A DNA stretch of 64,000 bases from assembly GCA_000092065.1 (NCBI GenBank), contig CP000594.1, one strand, 5' to 3'. Origin of the DNA: Ostreococcus lucimarinus. Its lineage: Eukaryota. Within the stretch, counting starts at the first letter, position 1. Each line of letters starts with the position of its first letter. Shown piece by piece: positions 32,926 to 43,209 of the stretch. Below the pieces are notes generated by a model that did no database searches, had not been told where the DNA came from, and saw only the letters and a program-made list of their open reading frames with translations. The position numbers were made by a program, and so were the translations under genes.

Positions 32926-35787
32926 ATGTCCACCGGATGGCTCCGAGGCGTCGTCAAAGCCGTCCCCAGCGGTGATCAAGTCATCATCGCCGCACCGTGC
33001 GCGCCAGGGGTGCGTTCGCGCGCCGTACCGACCGATTTCGTCGCGCGATGTCGACGCGACGGTTGCCCGATCGCGCGAAACTGACCACTCTCGCGACGAT
33101 TCTCGCGCTCGCAGGCCCCGCCCGGCGTCGAAAAAACGCTCACGCTCGCCGGTATCGTCGCGCCGCGTCTCGGTCGCCGCGACGGGTCGAGCGCGGACGA
33201 GGCGTTCGCGCGCGAGTCGAGGGCGTCGCTGCGGCGCGCGCTCGCGGGACGACGCGTGTCGTTTCGCGTCGAGTACGCGGTGGAGTCGATAAATCGCGAG
33301 TTCGGCGTCGTGTTCACGGAGAGCGGGGAAAACGTGAGCGTGATGCAAGTGTCTAAGGGGCTGGCCAAGGTGAAGGCGCCCGGGGGGAACGATCGAGCGG
33401 TGGCGAACGCGGAGGAGTTGGAACGACGCGAACTCGAGGCGCGAGAAGCCGAGGCGGGGATGTGGAGTAAGGATCCCGCGGTGCTCGCGGCGGCGAGTCA
33501 GCGAACGGTCGTGCAGGCGATGAAAGCGGAGGACGTGCTGGGTGCGTTGCGGATGAAACCGACGCCCGCGGTGGTGGATTACGTGCTGAACGGTGGGACG
33601 GTGAAGCTTGTGCTGACGGGGGACGGCGCGACGCGCGATCAGAATATCACGTTGTCTATCGGTGGGATTTCAGTGCCGTCCGTCGGGCGCAAGGGGGCGA
33701 AGAACGAAGATGGGACAGATCAAGGTCCAGAGCCGTTCGCGCTCGCGGCGAAGCATTTCACGGAGATGGCGCTCCTGCATCGAGACGTGCGGGTGATTTT
33801 GGAAGGTCTCGATCGTCGTAATAATTTCATCGGTTCAATCTTGCCCGCGGACGTGAACGATACGTCGTTCGTGAACGTCGGCGAAGAGTTGTGTCGGCTA
33901 GGTCTCGCGCAAGTGCACGAGGCGAGTGCGGCGGCGTTGATCGGTGGCGCGGCGACGCTTCGCGCGGCGGAGAAGATGGCCAAGGATCAGCAGTTGCGAC
34001 TTTGGCATGGATACGTCCCGCCAATATCTTCCTTGAACGCGATGACGACGAAAGTCTTCGATGCCAGAGTAGTAGAAGTCATCAGCGGTGATTGCATTTC
34101 CGTGGTGCCGACGTCAGGGCCGGATACGTCTGAGAGACGAATCAATCTGTCGTCGATTCGGGCGCCTAGAATTTCCAACTCACGAGATGACAAGTCCAAT
34201 CACGAACCTTGGGCGATAGAGGCAAAAGAGTTTTTGATCTCGCGTCTGATCGGGCGCACCGTATCGATTAATATGGATTACGCACGCAAGATTGGAGAAG
34301 GTGCGAACGAACGAACGTTGCACTTCGCCACGGTGAAGCTGCCAAACAACAAGACGGGCGGTGACCCGCTCAACGTTTCAGAGATGCTTCTCATGCGCGG
34401 TTTCGCGTCGTGCATTCGTCACCGTTCTGAGGAAGAACGTGCGGCAGACTACGATGAGCTCATCGCGGCGGAAAAGAAGGGCGTGGAGAGCAAAAAGGGA
34501 ATGCACAACAAGAATCGCGAGGCGCCTGTACACAGGACGAATGATTTTAGCATCAACGCGCATAAGGCGAAGACGTTTTTGCCGTTTTTGCAACGCGCGG
34601 GTAAGTGCGTCGCTATGGTAGACTACGTCGCCGCTGGACACAAAATTCGAGTTTCAATTCCCAAAGAAGGCGCGGTGATCGCCTTTTGCTTGGCGGGCGT
34701 TCGCTGTCCCCAGCGCGACGAGCCGTACGCCGCCGAGGCGTTGGCGTACACGCGTTCTCGAATTCTTCAGCGAGAGGTGGAAATCGTGGTAGACTCCGTG
34801 GATAGAACTGGAATTTTCCTTGGCACCTTATTTGCGGACAACGGGCGATTAAATCTCGGTGAAGAACTCCTTCGAGCCGGATTAGGAAGCTTGCACCCGG
34901 CGTTCCCGGTGGATCGCGTTCACTACGGTCGCGCGCTCGCGGACATTGAAGCCGCGGCACGGGAAGTCAAGGCTGGTTTATGGAAAGACTGGACCCCTCC
35001 GATCGTCGAAGTAGACGGGCCTGAGGATAGTTCGACCGGCGAACTCGTGCGAGTCGGCGTCACCGAGTGCGTCGCCGGGGGCCGATTCTTCGTGCAGAAG
35101 TTAGATGGGAGTAAGATTCAAGAGGTCACGGACAAACTCGCCGAGCTTTACGACGGCGTGGACACGAGCAAGCCGCACGATGGCGTGTTCGAACCAAAGC
35201 CTGGCGATGCCGTCGCCGCCAAGTTCACCGGAGATGACAAGTGGGCGAGAGCCATCGTCACCGCGAAGCGCGTCGGTGATAAGCCCGTCAGCGTCTTCTA
35301 CTGCGACTTTGGCAACGTCGAGGACATCGGTTTCAATCGTCTTCGACCTTTGAAGGATCCAACGGTCACCACAGTTGCTATCCCACCCATGGCCAACTTC
35401 TGCGCGCTTTCCTTCCTCAAGATTCCTCGCATCGATTCCGATTACGGCTACGCCGCCGCTTCGCACGTCGGCAAACTCATCTCTGGCCAGGCTTTCCACG
35501 CCCGAATCGACGCCCGCGATCGTTTCCCCACCACAAAACCATGGGAAATCGACGCACAGCCCGCGTTCTCGCTCACATTATTCCCCGACGCCAACGCTCG
35601 CGCCGCTGAATCCGTCGCCCTCGACCTCCTTCGCGCCGGCTTTGCGCGCGTCCACCGCCGCGCCGCCGCCCGTCGTCTCGATCGCGACGTCTTCGACGCC
35701 ATGGTCGACGCCCAGGAGTCCGCGCGTCGCGCGAGGGTCGGTCAGTGGGAGTACGGCGACGTCGATTCCGACGACGACGCGTCTTAG
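32926..35787 (+). CDS. SND1: Staphylococcal nuclease and Tudor domain-containing protein (Tudor-SN/SND1). Exons 32926..33009 and 33115..35787.
   Basis: Exon 1 MSTGWLRGVVKAVPSGDQVIIAAPCAPG. Exon 2 APPGVEKTLTLAGIVAPRLGRR...four SNase-like repeats...Tudor block (GDAVAAKFTGDDKWARAIVTAKRVGDKPVSVFYCDFGNVEDIGFNRLRPL) and a fifth SN-like domain. Collinear with human SND1. Confidence 0.9.
33010..33114 (+). other. Spliceosomal intron of 105 nt in SND1: GTGCGTTCGC...CTCGCGCTCGCAG, with an AACTGAC branch-like motif
   Basis: Joins ..AAPCAPG|APPGVEKTLTLAGI, matching human ..GQPRGGPPPERQINLSNI. An in-frame TGA lies inside the intron. Confidence 0.8.
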
Positions 35788-35938
35788 CCTTGTAATCGCG
35801 TTCGCGTCTCCCGTCGCGTTTGAACGCGCCGCGCAGGCCGCGCCAAAACCCTGTTCTGGATAAGAAAAGCGAACAACGACGCGCGCGCGCCGCACACCGC
35901 GTCGCGCGACGCCGCCCGTCGGCGCGCACACGACGACG

Positions 35939-37399
35939 ATGCACTCGCACGCGATGCGCGCGCGCGCGCCGCGCCCGCGCGCGAGCTCGCGCGCGTCGAC
36001 GCTCGAAAGCGCGCGCCGAGGCCGATGCGACGGGACGGGACGACGCGCGCTCGGACGCGTCGCGCGAAGCGCGAAGCGCGGCGACGGCGTCGCGACGCGC
36101 GCGCAGGGCGACGTCGACCTGCTGAATCACCTGGGAAAGAAGCGCGTGGTGATCACGGGGATGGGGGCGGTGACGGCGCACGGGGACGACGTGGATGAGA
36201 TGTACGAAAAGCTGTGCCGAGGGGAGAGCGCGATCGCGACGATCGATAAATGGGACACCGGAGAGATCGGAACGAAGTTCGCGGGGGAGATAAAAGCGTT
36301 CGATTGTGGGGATTATATGAATAAAAAGATGGCGCGCAGGGTGGATCCGTACATTGCGTACATGATCGTCGCGGCGAAGCGAGCGCTGGAGTCGGCAAAG
36401 GTGAACTGGAACGACGAGTCGGGGGAACATTACGTCGATAAAGCGTTGAGTGGATGTCTGATTGGTAGTGCGATGGGGGGGATGCAAACATTCGCGACGG
36501 CCACGGAGAATCTCGTGACGCAGGGACACAGAAAGATGAACCCGTTTTGCATTCCGTTTGCGATTACGAATATGGGAAGCGCGCTGACGGCGATGGATAT
36601 TGGATTCATGGGGCCGAATTATTCGATCGCGTCCGCGTGTGCGACGGGCAACTTTTGCATCTTGAATAGCATCATGCACATTCAAAACGGAGAGGCGAAC
36701 TTGATGCTCGCCGGGGCGAGCGACGCGGCTGTCATTCCCATCGGTATGGCGGGTTTCTCCGCGGCGAAGGCGTTGAGCACGCGCAACGATGACCCCGCGG
36801 CGGCTTCGAGACCGTGGGACGCGAACCGAGACGGATTCGTTATGGGTGAAGGTGCGGGCGTTCTCGTACTCGAATCTTTGGAAAGCGCATTGGCGCGCGG
36901 TGCGCCCATCGTAGCTGAAGTTTTGGCCGGGTTTGCGACGTGTGACGCTCACCACATGACTGAGCCTCGACCGGATGGCGTGGGCGTCAACTTTGCCATC
37001 GACAAGGCGCTCGAGATGACTGGCGTGAAGGCGGAAGATGTCAACTACATCAACGCTCACGCCACGTCCACGCCGGCCGGCGATATGGCGGAACTCCGTG
37101 TGTTGCAAAAGAAGTTCAAGGCGTCGGGGGCGAAGATTAATAGCACCAAGAGCTTGATCGGGCACTTGCTCGGCGCAGCTTCCGCCGTCGAAGCCGTCGT
37201 ATGCATCAAAGCCATCACTAGCGGCGAAGTTCACCCCAACAAGAACCTCGAAACCCCAGATGAAGGCGTTGACACCTCGATGTTGGTTGGCACAACGAGA
37301 GAAAAGCTCGACGTGAAGGTTGCTTTGTCCAATTCTTTTGGCTTTGGCGGGCATAACTCGGCGGTCCTGTTCGCTCCGTACAAGCCTAAACGCTCGTAA
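35939..37399 (+). CDS. 3-oxoacyl-[acyl-carrier-protein] synthase II (KAS II/FabF-type) with an Arg/Ala-rich organelle presequence
   Basis: Active-site Cys (SIASACATGNFCI), His-His (INAHATSTPAGD, KSLIGHLLGAAS) and C-terminal NSFGFGGHN, after a ~60-aa presequence. Confidence 0.9.
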   Translation: MHSHAMRARAPRPRASSRASTLESARRGRCDGTGRRALGRVARSAKRGDGVATRAQGDVDLLNHLGKKRVVITGMGAVTAHGDDVDEMYEKLCRGESAIATIDKWDTGEIGTKFAGEIKAFDCGDYMNKKMARRVDPYIAYMIVAAKRALESAKVNWNDESGEHYVDKALSGCLIGSAMGGMQTFATATENLVTQGHRKMNPFCIPFAITNMGSALTAMDIGFMGPNYSIASACATGNFCILNSIMHIQNGEANLMLAGASDAAVIPIGMAGFSAAKALSTRNDDPAAASRPWDANRDGFVMGEGAGVLVLESLESALARGAPIVAEVLAGFATCDAHHMTEPRPDGVGVNFAIDKALEMTGVKAEDVNYINAHATSTPAGDMAELRVLQKKFKASGAKINSTKSLIGHLLGAASAVEAVVCIKAITSGEVHPNKNLETPDEGVDTSMLVGTTREKLDVKVALSNSFGFGGHNSAVLFAPYKPKRS

Positions 37400-37496
37400 A
37401 CGACGCTTGATAATGTTATAAGAACTAGTCACCTGAATCACCGAACGTTCCTTCGTGCGTGCGCTTATATTTGATTGCCTAACGTATTGCAAATTG

Positions 37497-40400
37497 CTAA
37501 AAAATCAAATCAAGACCAAATACGGCGCTGATGACAAATAATACACCGAAGGCGAGCGCGACGGCGCTCGATCCACGAGCGATATAGCTCACAAACTTGG
37601 GATTATTCTTCTCCAACGCTGCCGTACCCGCACCAATGCAGTACGTGTACGTCCCCATGGCGATAATGGTTCCGATGAAGAACGTCGCCAAAAAAGAAAT
37701 CGCCTCGACGCGAGGGAGCGCCAGGGCAGGTAAAAGCAGAAACAATGAATCCGGTTGTAATCCATGGATGGTGCCAGTAATATACGTCCATGAGATGAAG
37801 CTGCTATCGCGCTTCGCGGGCACATCGCTCCCATGCGAGTGCGAATGCGAGTGTGAGTGTGAGTGTGAATGTGAGTGCGAGTGACCGCCCATGCTTTCCC
37901 AAAAGCCAATAGCGCCAATAATAATGAGCGTCAAACCGACGATTCCTTGTCCAAACTGACCGATAACTTCCAAGTTGAGCGGTAATTTATCCCTCAAAGC
38001 GATGAAAATACATCCAAATAAAATTTGACCCGTGTTATGCCCGAGCCCCCAAAGCGCGCCCATCAACGCGTTTTGCGCTCTGCTCGGTCCCACTGTCAGT
38101 GGCGTGAGTGCCGCTAAGTGGTCTGGCCCCGTGAGCGTGTGCAAGCAACCGGCTAATAGACCAGCCCATGCAGACTTAAACGCCGTGATTACGCTCATCC
38201 AGTGTGCGACGTGCAAATGTTTGACCCAAATGGCAATCGCTTCGCTGCACACCGAGTACGCTGCGCCCAAGCAACAAAACACGGTGAACGTCGTGAGGGC
38301 CACGGTAGTACTCTTGGACAACGGCTGTCGCCCGAACGTGACAAGCAAACGCACTGAGTTCATCGCCACCATGAGGGTCGCGCCTTCGTGCAGCAATACC
38401 GCCAACCATAGCGGAAACGCGCCGAAGAGAGCGGGAATAGCTGACCCCAAGATTGATACCACGGCGAGTGCGATGTTTTGTCGTAAAGTGCGTCGCGTGC
38501 GCTCGGCGATGGAAAACAGCTCTGGTAATTGAGAGATGCCTCCTTCGTCTTTAGTGAGCAACAGTACATCCGCCGCACTCGCGGCGGCATCGCTCGGCGT
38601 CGACGCGATGGCGACGCCGACATCCGCGGCGGCGAGCGCTGGGGCATCGTTGATACCATCGCCAACCATGGCCACGCGAGGATATTGCTTGGATTTCACG
38701 CGCTCTCGCATTGATTCAACCAGTGCAAGCTTTTGAGACGGAGTCAATCCGGCGTGTACGTCTTCCGGTTTCAACTTGATCTCCTCAGCCATGGCTATGG
38801 CGCTCGTCTTGTTGTCGCCCGTGAGCATGGCCAACTCCATACCCGTCGAGTCGCTCGCCACCTCCCACCATCTCCGTCGGCACTTGCCAGTACGCAGGGA
38901 CTCGATGGCATCGGGCGCCTGCAAATTAAGCGTATCACTAAACCTAAACAGCGCCGGGCTTTCGCCCTCAATCGCGAGCACAGAGAGCACTTCGCCCTCT
39001 TGCGCGATGACCTCGGCGGAGCATTCCGCAGCGCCAGTGTTACACAGCTCGAGCGCAAACTCGGAGCTACCGAATCGCGCACGCTTGCCGTCGATCGTGC
39101 CTTCCACACCACTCCCCGCGATGACTTTGTAATCCGTCACGGGACCGACGTCTGGCAAAATGATCCCCCGCGCCGCTTGCGTCACCGCGGCGGCAATCGG
39201 GTGGGACGAACCGCGTTCGAGGCTCAGCGCGTACGCCAGAGCCTTGACTGACGCGCTCGGAGCAGTGTCGTGTTGCGCACCGTCTTCAAATTGTGTGATA
39301 TTCGTGCAGCTCATTTGCCCCGTCGTGATGGTTCCCGTCTTATCGAGCGCCACCGCGCCGACTTCGGCCAAAGCGTCGAGAGTCAAGCCGCCTCGAATGA
39401 GCACACCTCGCCGAGCCATGGCCCCGATGGCCGCCACGTACACGAGCGGCGACATCAACAATGCACACGGCGCTGCGGAGGATAAAAACGCAAAGCTGCG
39501 ATACATGGCACCGCCGCGACCCAAAAATGGAATCCCGAGCACCATCGGCGCCGCGGCCATGGTAATAAAGGTGATGGCCAATATCGCCTTACTGTAGCGG
39601 TCTCCTATGCTATCGATCAATCGTGAGACTTTCGGACGACGCCGCTGCGCAGCCTCGGTGAGTCGCGCGATTCGCGCCGGTGTGCTCTCCTCGCTCGATC
39701 TCAAGCTCTTCACCACGAGCACGCCGTCGGTGTTCATCGCGCCGGCGGGAATCTCATCGCCGTATCTCTTCATCACCGGCAAAGCCTCACCGGTGATGTG
39801 TTGAATGCTCACTAACGCGCTGCCGTGGACAACCATACCATCCAACGGCACTTGCTGTCCAGCCTTGACGAAAATCATCGTCCCAACGTCGACGTCCGCC
39901 GCGGGCATCTCTCGGAGCGTCGTCAAATCCGGCGTCCCATCGGCGAGCAACTGCACGACGTCCGCCGTCGTGGGCACCGTGCCCCACAACGCCTTCAAAT
40001 CCCCCCGAGCGTGCAGCGTCAATCGATCCTCCACGAAGTGCGCCAGGGCGAAGAGCACCAAGAGCAGCGCGCCCTCCATCGCGCACCCCAAGAGCACGGT
40101 GCCGAACACGGCCAACGTCGTGAGCACGTGAATGTTCACGTTCCCCACCGCGAGCTCGTACGTCACGTCCACAAACTCGGGCGTCCCCGCCAACACGTAA
40201 ACCAGAATCGTGCACACCCGACTGACGTTCGCCGCCATCGTCGTCTCCACCAATCCGCCGCCGCCGACGTGCGTCGCCACGTGCGCCGCCCCCGCGACGA
40301 GAAACAGCGCCCACGACACCACCGCCACCGCCGCGTTCCCGCGCAGGAAATCCGCCACCGCGTGCAAACCAGTGGCGTTAAACATCGCATCCAGCGCCCT

Positions 40401-40889
40401 CTCCGTGCGTCCGCGCGGTGCAAACTCCCCGGAGCTCGTCGCCGCCATCATCCCCGCCTGCGACACGAACTCGTCCTCGTCCGCGCTCATCGCGCCGTCC
40501 ATCGCCCGCGCGCCCCGCGCCTTACCGCACGAGTGCCCACAACACGAGTGAAATTCCCCACCGTGCGCCCGCGCGCGCTCGAAACCGCGTCGACCGCCTT
40601 CCCCGCGCGTCCGCGTCCCGCGTCCCGCGTCCACCCTCGCGAACCTCCCCCCCCGCGCCCCCACGACGCGCGCGCGCTCGCGATTCGACGCCGCGCGCGC
40701 GCTCGACGCGTCCATCCGCGCGCTCGCGCGCGTCCGGTCGCATCTGTCTCGCGCGCGCGTCCCCGTCGCCGCCCCCGTCGCCGTCGCCGCGCGCGCGACA
40801 ACGATGCGCGTCGCCGTCGTCGCGCGTCCGCGCGCGCGCGGCGCGCCCGCGAGCGCGCGCGGCGAGGGCGCGATCGCGTGCGCGCGCAT
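37497..40889 (-). CDS. Single 1130-aa ORF joining a P1B-4 (HMA1/CoaT-type, SPC/HEGxT) heavy-metal P-type ATPase to a C-terminal HupE/UreJ-like metal permease domain that carries an (HS)7 loop
   Basis: ATPase motifs: HSCCGHSCG metal site, ITGEALP (TGEA), AAPCALLMSPL (xPC), DKTGTITTG, MLTGDN, GDGINDAPAL, LLHEGATLMV. With no intervening stop, the C-terminus then reads LHTLTGPDHLAALTPLTVG...GLGHNTGQ...GGHSHSHSHSHSHSHSHG...HGLQPDS... This fits the HupE/UreJ H-x3-G-x-DHL signature plus ~6 further TM helices. Confidence 0.8.
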   Translation of the reverse strand: MRAHAIAPSPRALAGAPRARGRATTATRIVVARAATATGAATGTRARDRCDRTRASARMDASSARAASNRERARVVGARGGRFARVDAGRGTRTRGEGGRRGFERARAHGGEFHSCCGHSCGKARGARAMDGAMSADEDEFVSQAGMMAATSSGEFAPRGRTERALDAMFNATGLHAVADFLRGNAAVAVVSWALFLVAGAAHVATHVGGGGLVETTMAANVSRVCTILVYVLAGTPEFVDVTYELAVGNVNIHVLTTLAVFGTVLLGCAMEGALLLVLFALAHFVEDRLTLHARGDLKALWGTVPTTADVVQLLADGTPDLTTLREMPAADVDVGTMIFVKAGQQVPLDGMVVHGSALVSIQHITGEALPVMKRYGDEIPAGAMNTDGVLVVKSLRSSEESTPARIARLTEAAQRRRPKVSRLIDSIGDRYSKAILAITFITMAAAPMVLGIPFLGRGGAMYRSFAFLSSAAPCALLMSPLVYVAAIGAMARRGVLIRGGLTLDALAEVGAVALDKTGTITTGQMSCTNITQFEDGAQHDTAPSASVKALAYALSLERGSSHPIAAAVTQAARGIILPDVGPVTDYKVIAGSGVEGTIDGKRARFGSSEFALELCNTGAAECSAEVIAQEGEVLSVLAIEGESPALFRFSDTLNLQAPDAIESLRTGKCRRRWWEVASDSTGMELAMLTGDNKTSAIAMAEEIKLKPEDVHAGLTPSQKLALVESMRERVKSKQYPRVAMVGDGINDAPALAAADVGVAIASTPSDAAASAADVLLLTKDEGGISQLPELFSIAERTRRTLRQNIALAVVSILGSAIPALFGAFPLWLAVLLHEGATLMVAMNSVRLLVTFGRQPLSKSTTVALTTFTVFCCLGAAYSVCSEAIAIWVKHLHVAHWMSVITAFKSAWAGLLAGCLHTLTGPDHLAALTPLTVGPSRAQNALMGALWGLGHNTGQILFGCIFIALRDKLPLNLEVIGQFGQGIVGLTLIIIGAIGFWESMGGHSHSHSHSHSHSHSHSHGSDVPAKRDSSFISWTYITGTIHGLQPDSLFLLLPALALPRVEAISFLATFFIGTIIAMGTYTYCIGAGTAALEKNNPKFVSYIARGSSAVALAFGVLFVISAVFGLDLIF
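37834..37883 (-). repeat. Imperfect hexanucleotide repeat (TGCGAG/TGTGAG/TGTGAA)n encoding the (HS)7 His-Ser tract of the ATPase/HupE protein
   Basis: gcgagtgcgaatgcgagtgtgagtgtgagtgtgaatgtgagtgcgagtga on the + strand. Confidence 0.9.
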
Positions 40890-41326
40890 CGTTCGACGCG
40901 CGCGTCCCGGACGCGGCGCGCGCGGGCGTGTGACGCGCGTCGCGACGCGATCGGACGCGCGCTAGGGAAGCCGCGCGTTCGCGGCCGACGATCGCGCCCG
41001 TAATCGCCATTTCGCGACGCCCGACATGGATTTATTTCGGGACGCGCGCGTGGAGATGATAGGTTTAAAACGTCCTCGAACGCGCGTCGGAGGCGCACTT
41101 TTCGCGCGCGCGGGCGATGGATGCGCGCGCGTCGACGACGCGGGGGGCGCGCGCGGCAGAGCGCGGCGGGTCGCGACGGCGACGGCGACGGCGCGGACGG
41201 TCGCGGCGAAGCCCGGACGAAGGCGCGTCGACGCGCGCGCGGCGCGCGGACGCGAGCGACGCGACGCGCGGTCGACGAGAGGCGTGAGTTCGAGTTGGGT
41301 GTTGACGGTGGATGTTGACGACGGCG

Positions 41327-42694
41327 ATGGCGTCGTTTTCGAGCGAGGCGCTTCGCGCGTGGCGCGCGGGGGACGAGGAAGACGCGCGCGAACGCGCGGC
41401 GTTGATCGCGGCGAGCTCGGGGGGCGACGGCGGCGCGGATGGGGCGCGGGGGGGGGGCGACGACGGCGGCGCGAGGGCGAGCGCGCGAGGACGACGCGCG
41501 CTCGCGGCGGCGGCGTGCGTCGCGGCGCTGGTGGGCTTGGGGGCGTGCGCGCGCGCGCACGGTGCGGAGATGAGCGGGCGCGAGCGTGGGGTGCGCGCGG
41601 CGGCGCTCGGTGGGGAGGCGCGTTCGGGCGGGACGCGGCGGCGCGGCGCGCCGAGACGCGCCGCGCCGAGACGCGCCGCGGCCGCCGCGGCCGCCGTCGG
41701 GCAGAGCGAAGCCGAGAGCGGTCTAGTGGTGTTTAATGAAGCGCCGGAGTATACGTGCGCGAAACGGAATAAAGCTTTGAGAGAGGCTGCTTACGCCGCG
41801 AGGATGGGGTCGCCGTGGACGCCGGGGTGTCACTCAAAGCTAGGCGAGGAGGGGTGCACGAAGATTTCAGACGCCGGCGCGCGACTGGCGGCGTTGAGCG
41901 ATCACGTGTACGTCATCTGCATGAAGTGCGATAAAATAGTGCTCCCATTGCAGTGGGCGGGGAAGGTGACGACGGTGCACGGCGCCGACATCGATCCGTG
42001 CTACGGGCGCGCGGCCGCGGATCACTGGCACAAGGCGTCGATGTCGCACGTGCACGCGCTCCTCGACGCCGTCAAGTACCAGTACAAGACGGTGACCATC
42101 GTCGAAGAAGATGCGATAACGGTTTCACCCGATCGCGTGGACGCCAACGCGGGGTTCGACATCGACGGCTTAGAGCACGCGATCAAGAATGACTCGAGTT
42201 GGAACACCGTTCGCGTGGGTTACAGACCATTCTTTTTCGAGCAACAGTCTGCAAACGTCCCAGTCGGTTCGACACCGCATTACGCCTGCCCGCTGGCGTG
42301 TAAGTGCCACGAAACGACGGCGAAAAACGCGTGCATCGTGCGCGAGAATGGATGTGACATGCGAAGCAGCGACTTTTACATGATTCGCATGTCGCAGTCG
42401 CGCGCCATCAGAAAAACCGTCGGCGCGGGGAGCACGATCGACATGGAAGCTTTACGCAACGTGCATCATCAAATGTACGTGTTGCCGCAGCTCAGCTACC
42501 AAGCGAACCTCGATCGCACGCGCGAGCAGCAAGTGAATATGGCTCGACGATTCAGAGACTTGTGCTTTGTGCCGAAAACTCCGTCCGACGAAGTCGTGCA
42601 AGACGCGGCGACGGCGGAGCGCGAGTACGAAGAGCGAGTGAGCACCATCGAGTCCGCGGACTCGACGCGATATATCACCAAACCACAACGATAA
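41327..42694 (+). CDS. Hypothetical type-II membrane protein with a Cys-rich luminal domain; possibly glycosyltransferase-like, family not recognised
   Basis: ATG at 41327. Signal-anchor ALAAAACVAALVGLGACA. The downstream domain has many Cys and no low-complexity Arg tracts (e.g. HVYVICMKCDKIVLPLQWAGKVTTVHGADIDPCYG). Confidence 0.4.
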   Translation: MASFSSEALRAWRAGDEEDARERAALIAASSGGDGGADGARGGGDDGGARASARGRRALAAAACVAALVGLGACARAHGAEMSGRERGVRAAALGGEARSGGTRRRGAPRRAAPRRAAAAAAAVGQSEAESGLVVFNEAPEYTCAKRNKALREAAYAARMGSPWTPGCHSKLGEEGCTKISDAGARLAALSDHVYVICMKCDKIVLPLQWAGKVTTVHGADIDPCYGRAAADHWHKASMSHVHALLDAVKYQYKTVTIVEEDAITVSPDRVDANAGFDIDGLEHAIKNDSSWNTVRVGYRPFFFEQQSANVPVGSTPHYACPLACKCHETTAKNACIVRENGCDMRSSDFYMIRMSQSRAIRKTVGAGSTIDMEALRNVHHQMYVLPQLSYQANLDRTREQQVNMARRFRDLCFVPKTPSDEVVQDAATAEREYEERVSTIESADSTRYITKPQR

Positions 42695-42812
42695 CCACTC
42701 AGCTCGCGTCCATCGATTGTAGTCTCACGAGAGCCACTTAGCGAACGTCGCGCCGCCGCTCGACCTCGCCGCGCGCCGCGCGCCCGACCCTCCCCACTCC
42801 GCGGCGCGCGTC

Positions 42813-43055
42813 ATGGTCTTCGCCACCGCCGCCGCCCTCGCCCGTCGCGCCCGTCGCGTCGGTTTCAACGCCCTCACGACGAAGCTCGCCAAGAAGGGTT
42901 TCTACAAGGGCAAGGGCGCCGTCTCTCCCGGCGTCCGCACGCGCACCGGCCGGTTCAAGGTCGTCCCGTGGAAGCGTCCCGAGTACGTCGTCCCCGCCAG
43001 CGCGCACGGCGTCAGCGCGTTCGCGCCCTACGTCGAGCGCGCGAGCGTCAAGTGA
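42813..43055 (+). CDS. MRPL41: Mitochondrial ribosomal protein mL41 (MRPL41/yeast MRPL27 family)
   Basis: KKGFYKGKGAVSPGVRTRTGRFKVVPWKRPEYVVPASAHGVSAFAPYVE aligns with human MRPL41 [51 protein letters not shown]. The size of 80 aa is appropriate. Confidence 0.65.
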   Translation: MVFATAAALARRARRVGFNALTTKLAKKGFYKGKGAVSPGVRTRTGRFKVVPWKRPEYVVPASAHGVSAFAPYVERASVK

Positions 43056-43147
43056 TCGCGCGCGCGCGTCGATCGATCGCGCGCGCGCGCGCGTTCGCGC
43101 GCGCGCGGTTTGTAATTCATTCGTAGCGTCCTAGTCGTCGTCACACG

Positions 43148-43154
<7 letters not shown>

Positions 43155-43180
<26 letters not shown>

Positions 43181-43209
43181 ACGCGACGCGACGCGACGCG
43201 ACGCGACGC
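43155..43209. repeat. Pentanucleotide microsatellite (GACGC)11 immediately upstream of the ATG at 43210
   Basis: gacgcgacgcgacgc... read directly from the sequence. Confidence 0.9.

Noticed and set aside
37834-37883. A CRISPR-like or satellite array suggested by the regularly spaced TGCGAG/TGTGAG repeats, and likewise the (GGGCGC)6 and (GACGC)11 arrays
   Set aside because: Unit lengths are 5-6 nt with no spacers. They lie in coding sequence, where they encode His-Ser and Gly-Arg tracts, or in a 5' UTR. They are microsatellites, not CRISPR or mobile-element structures.
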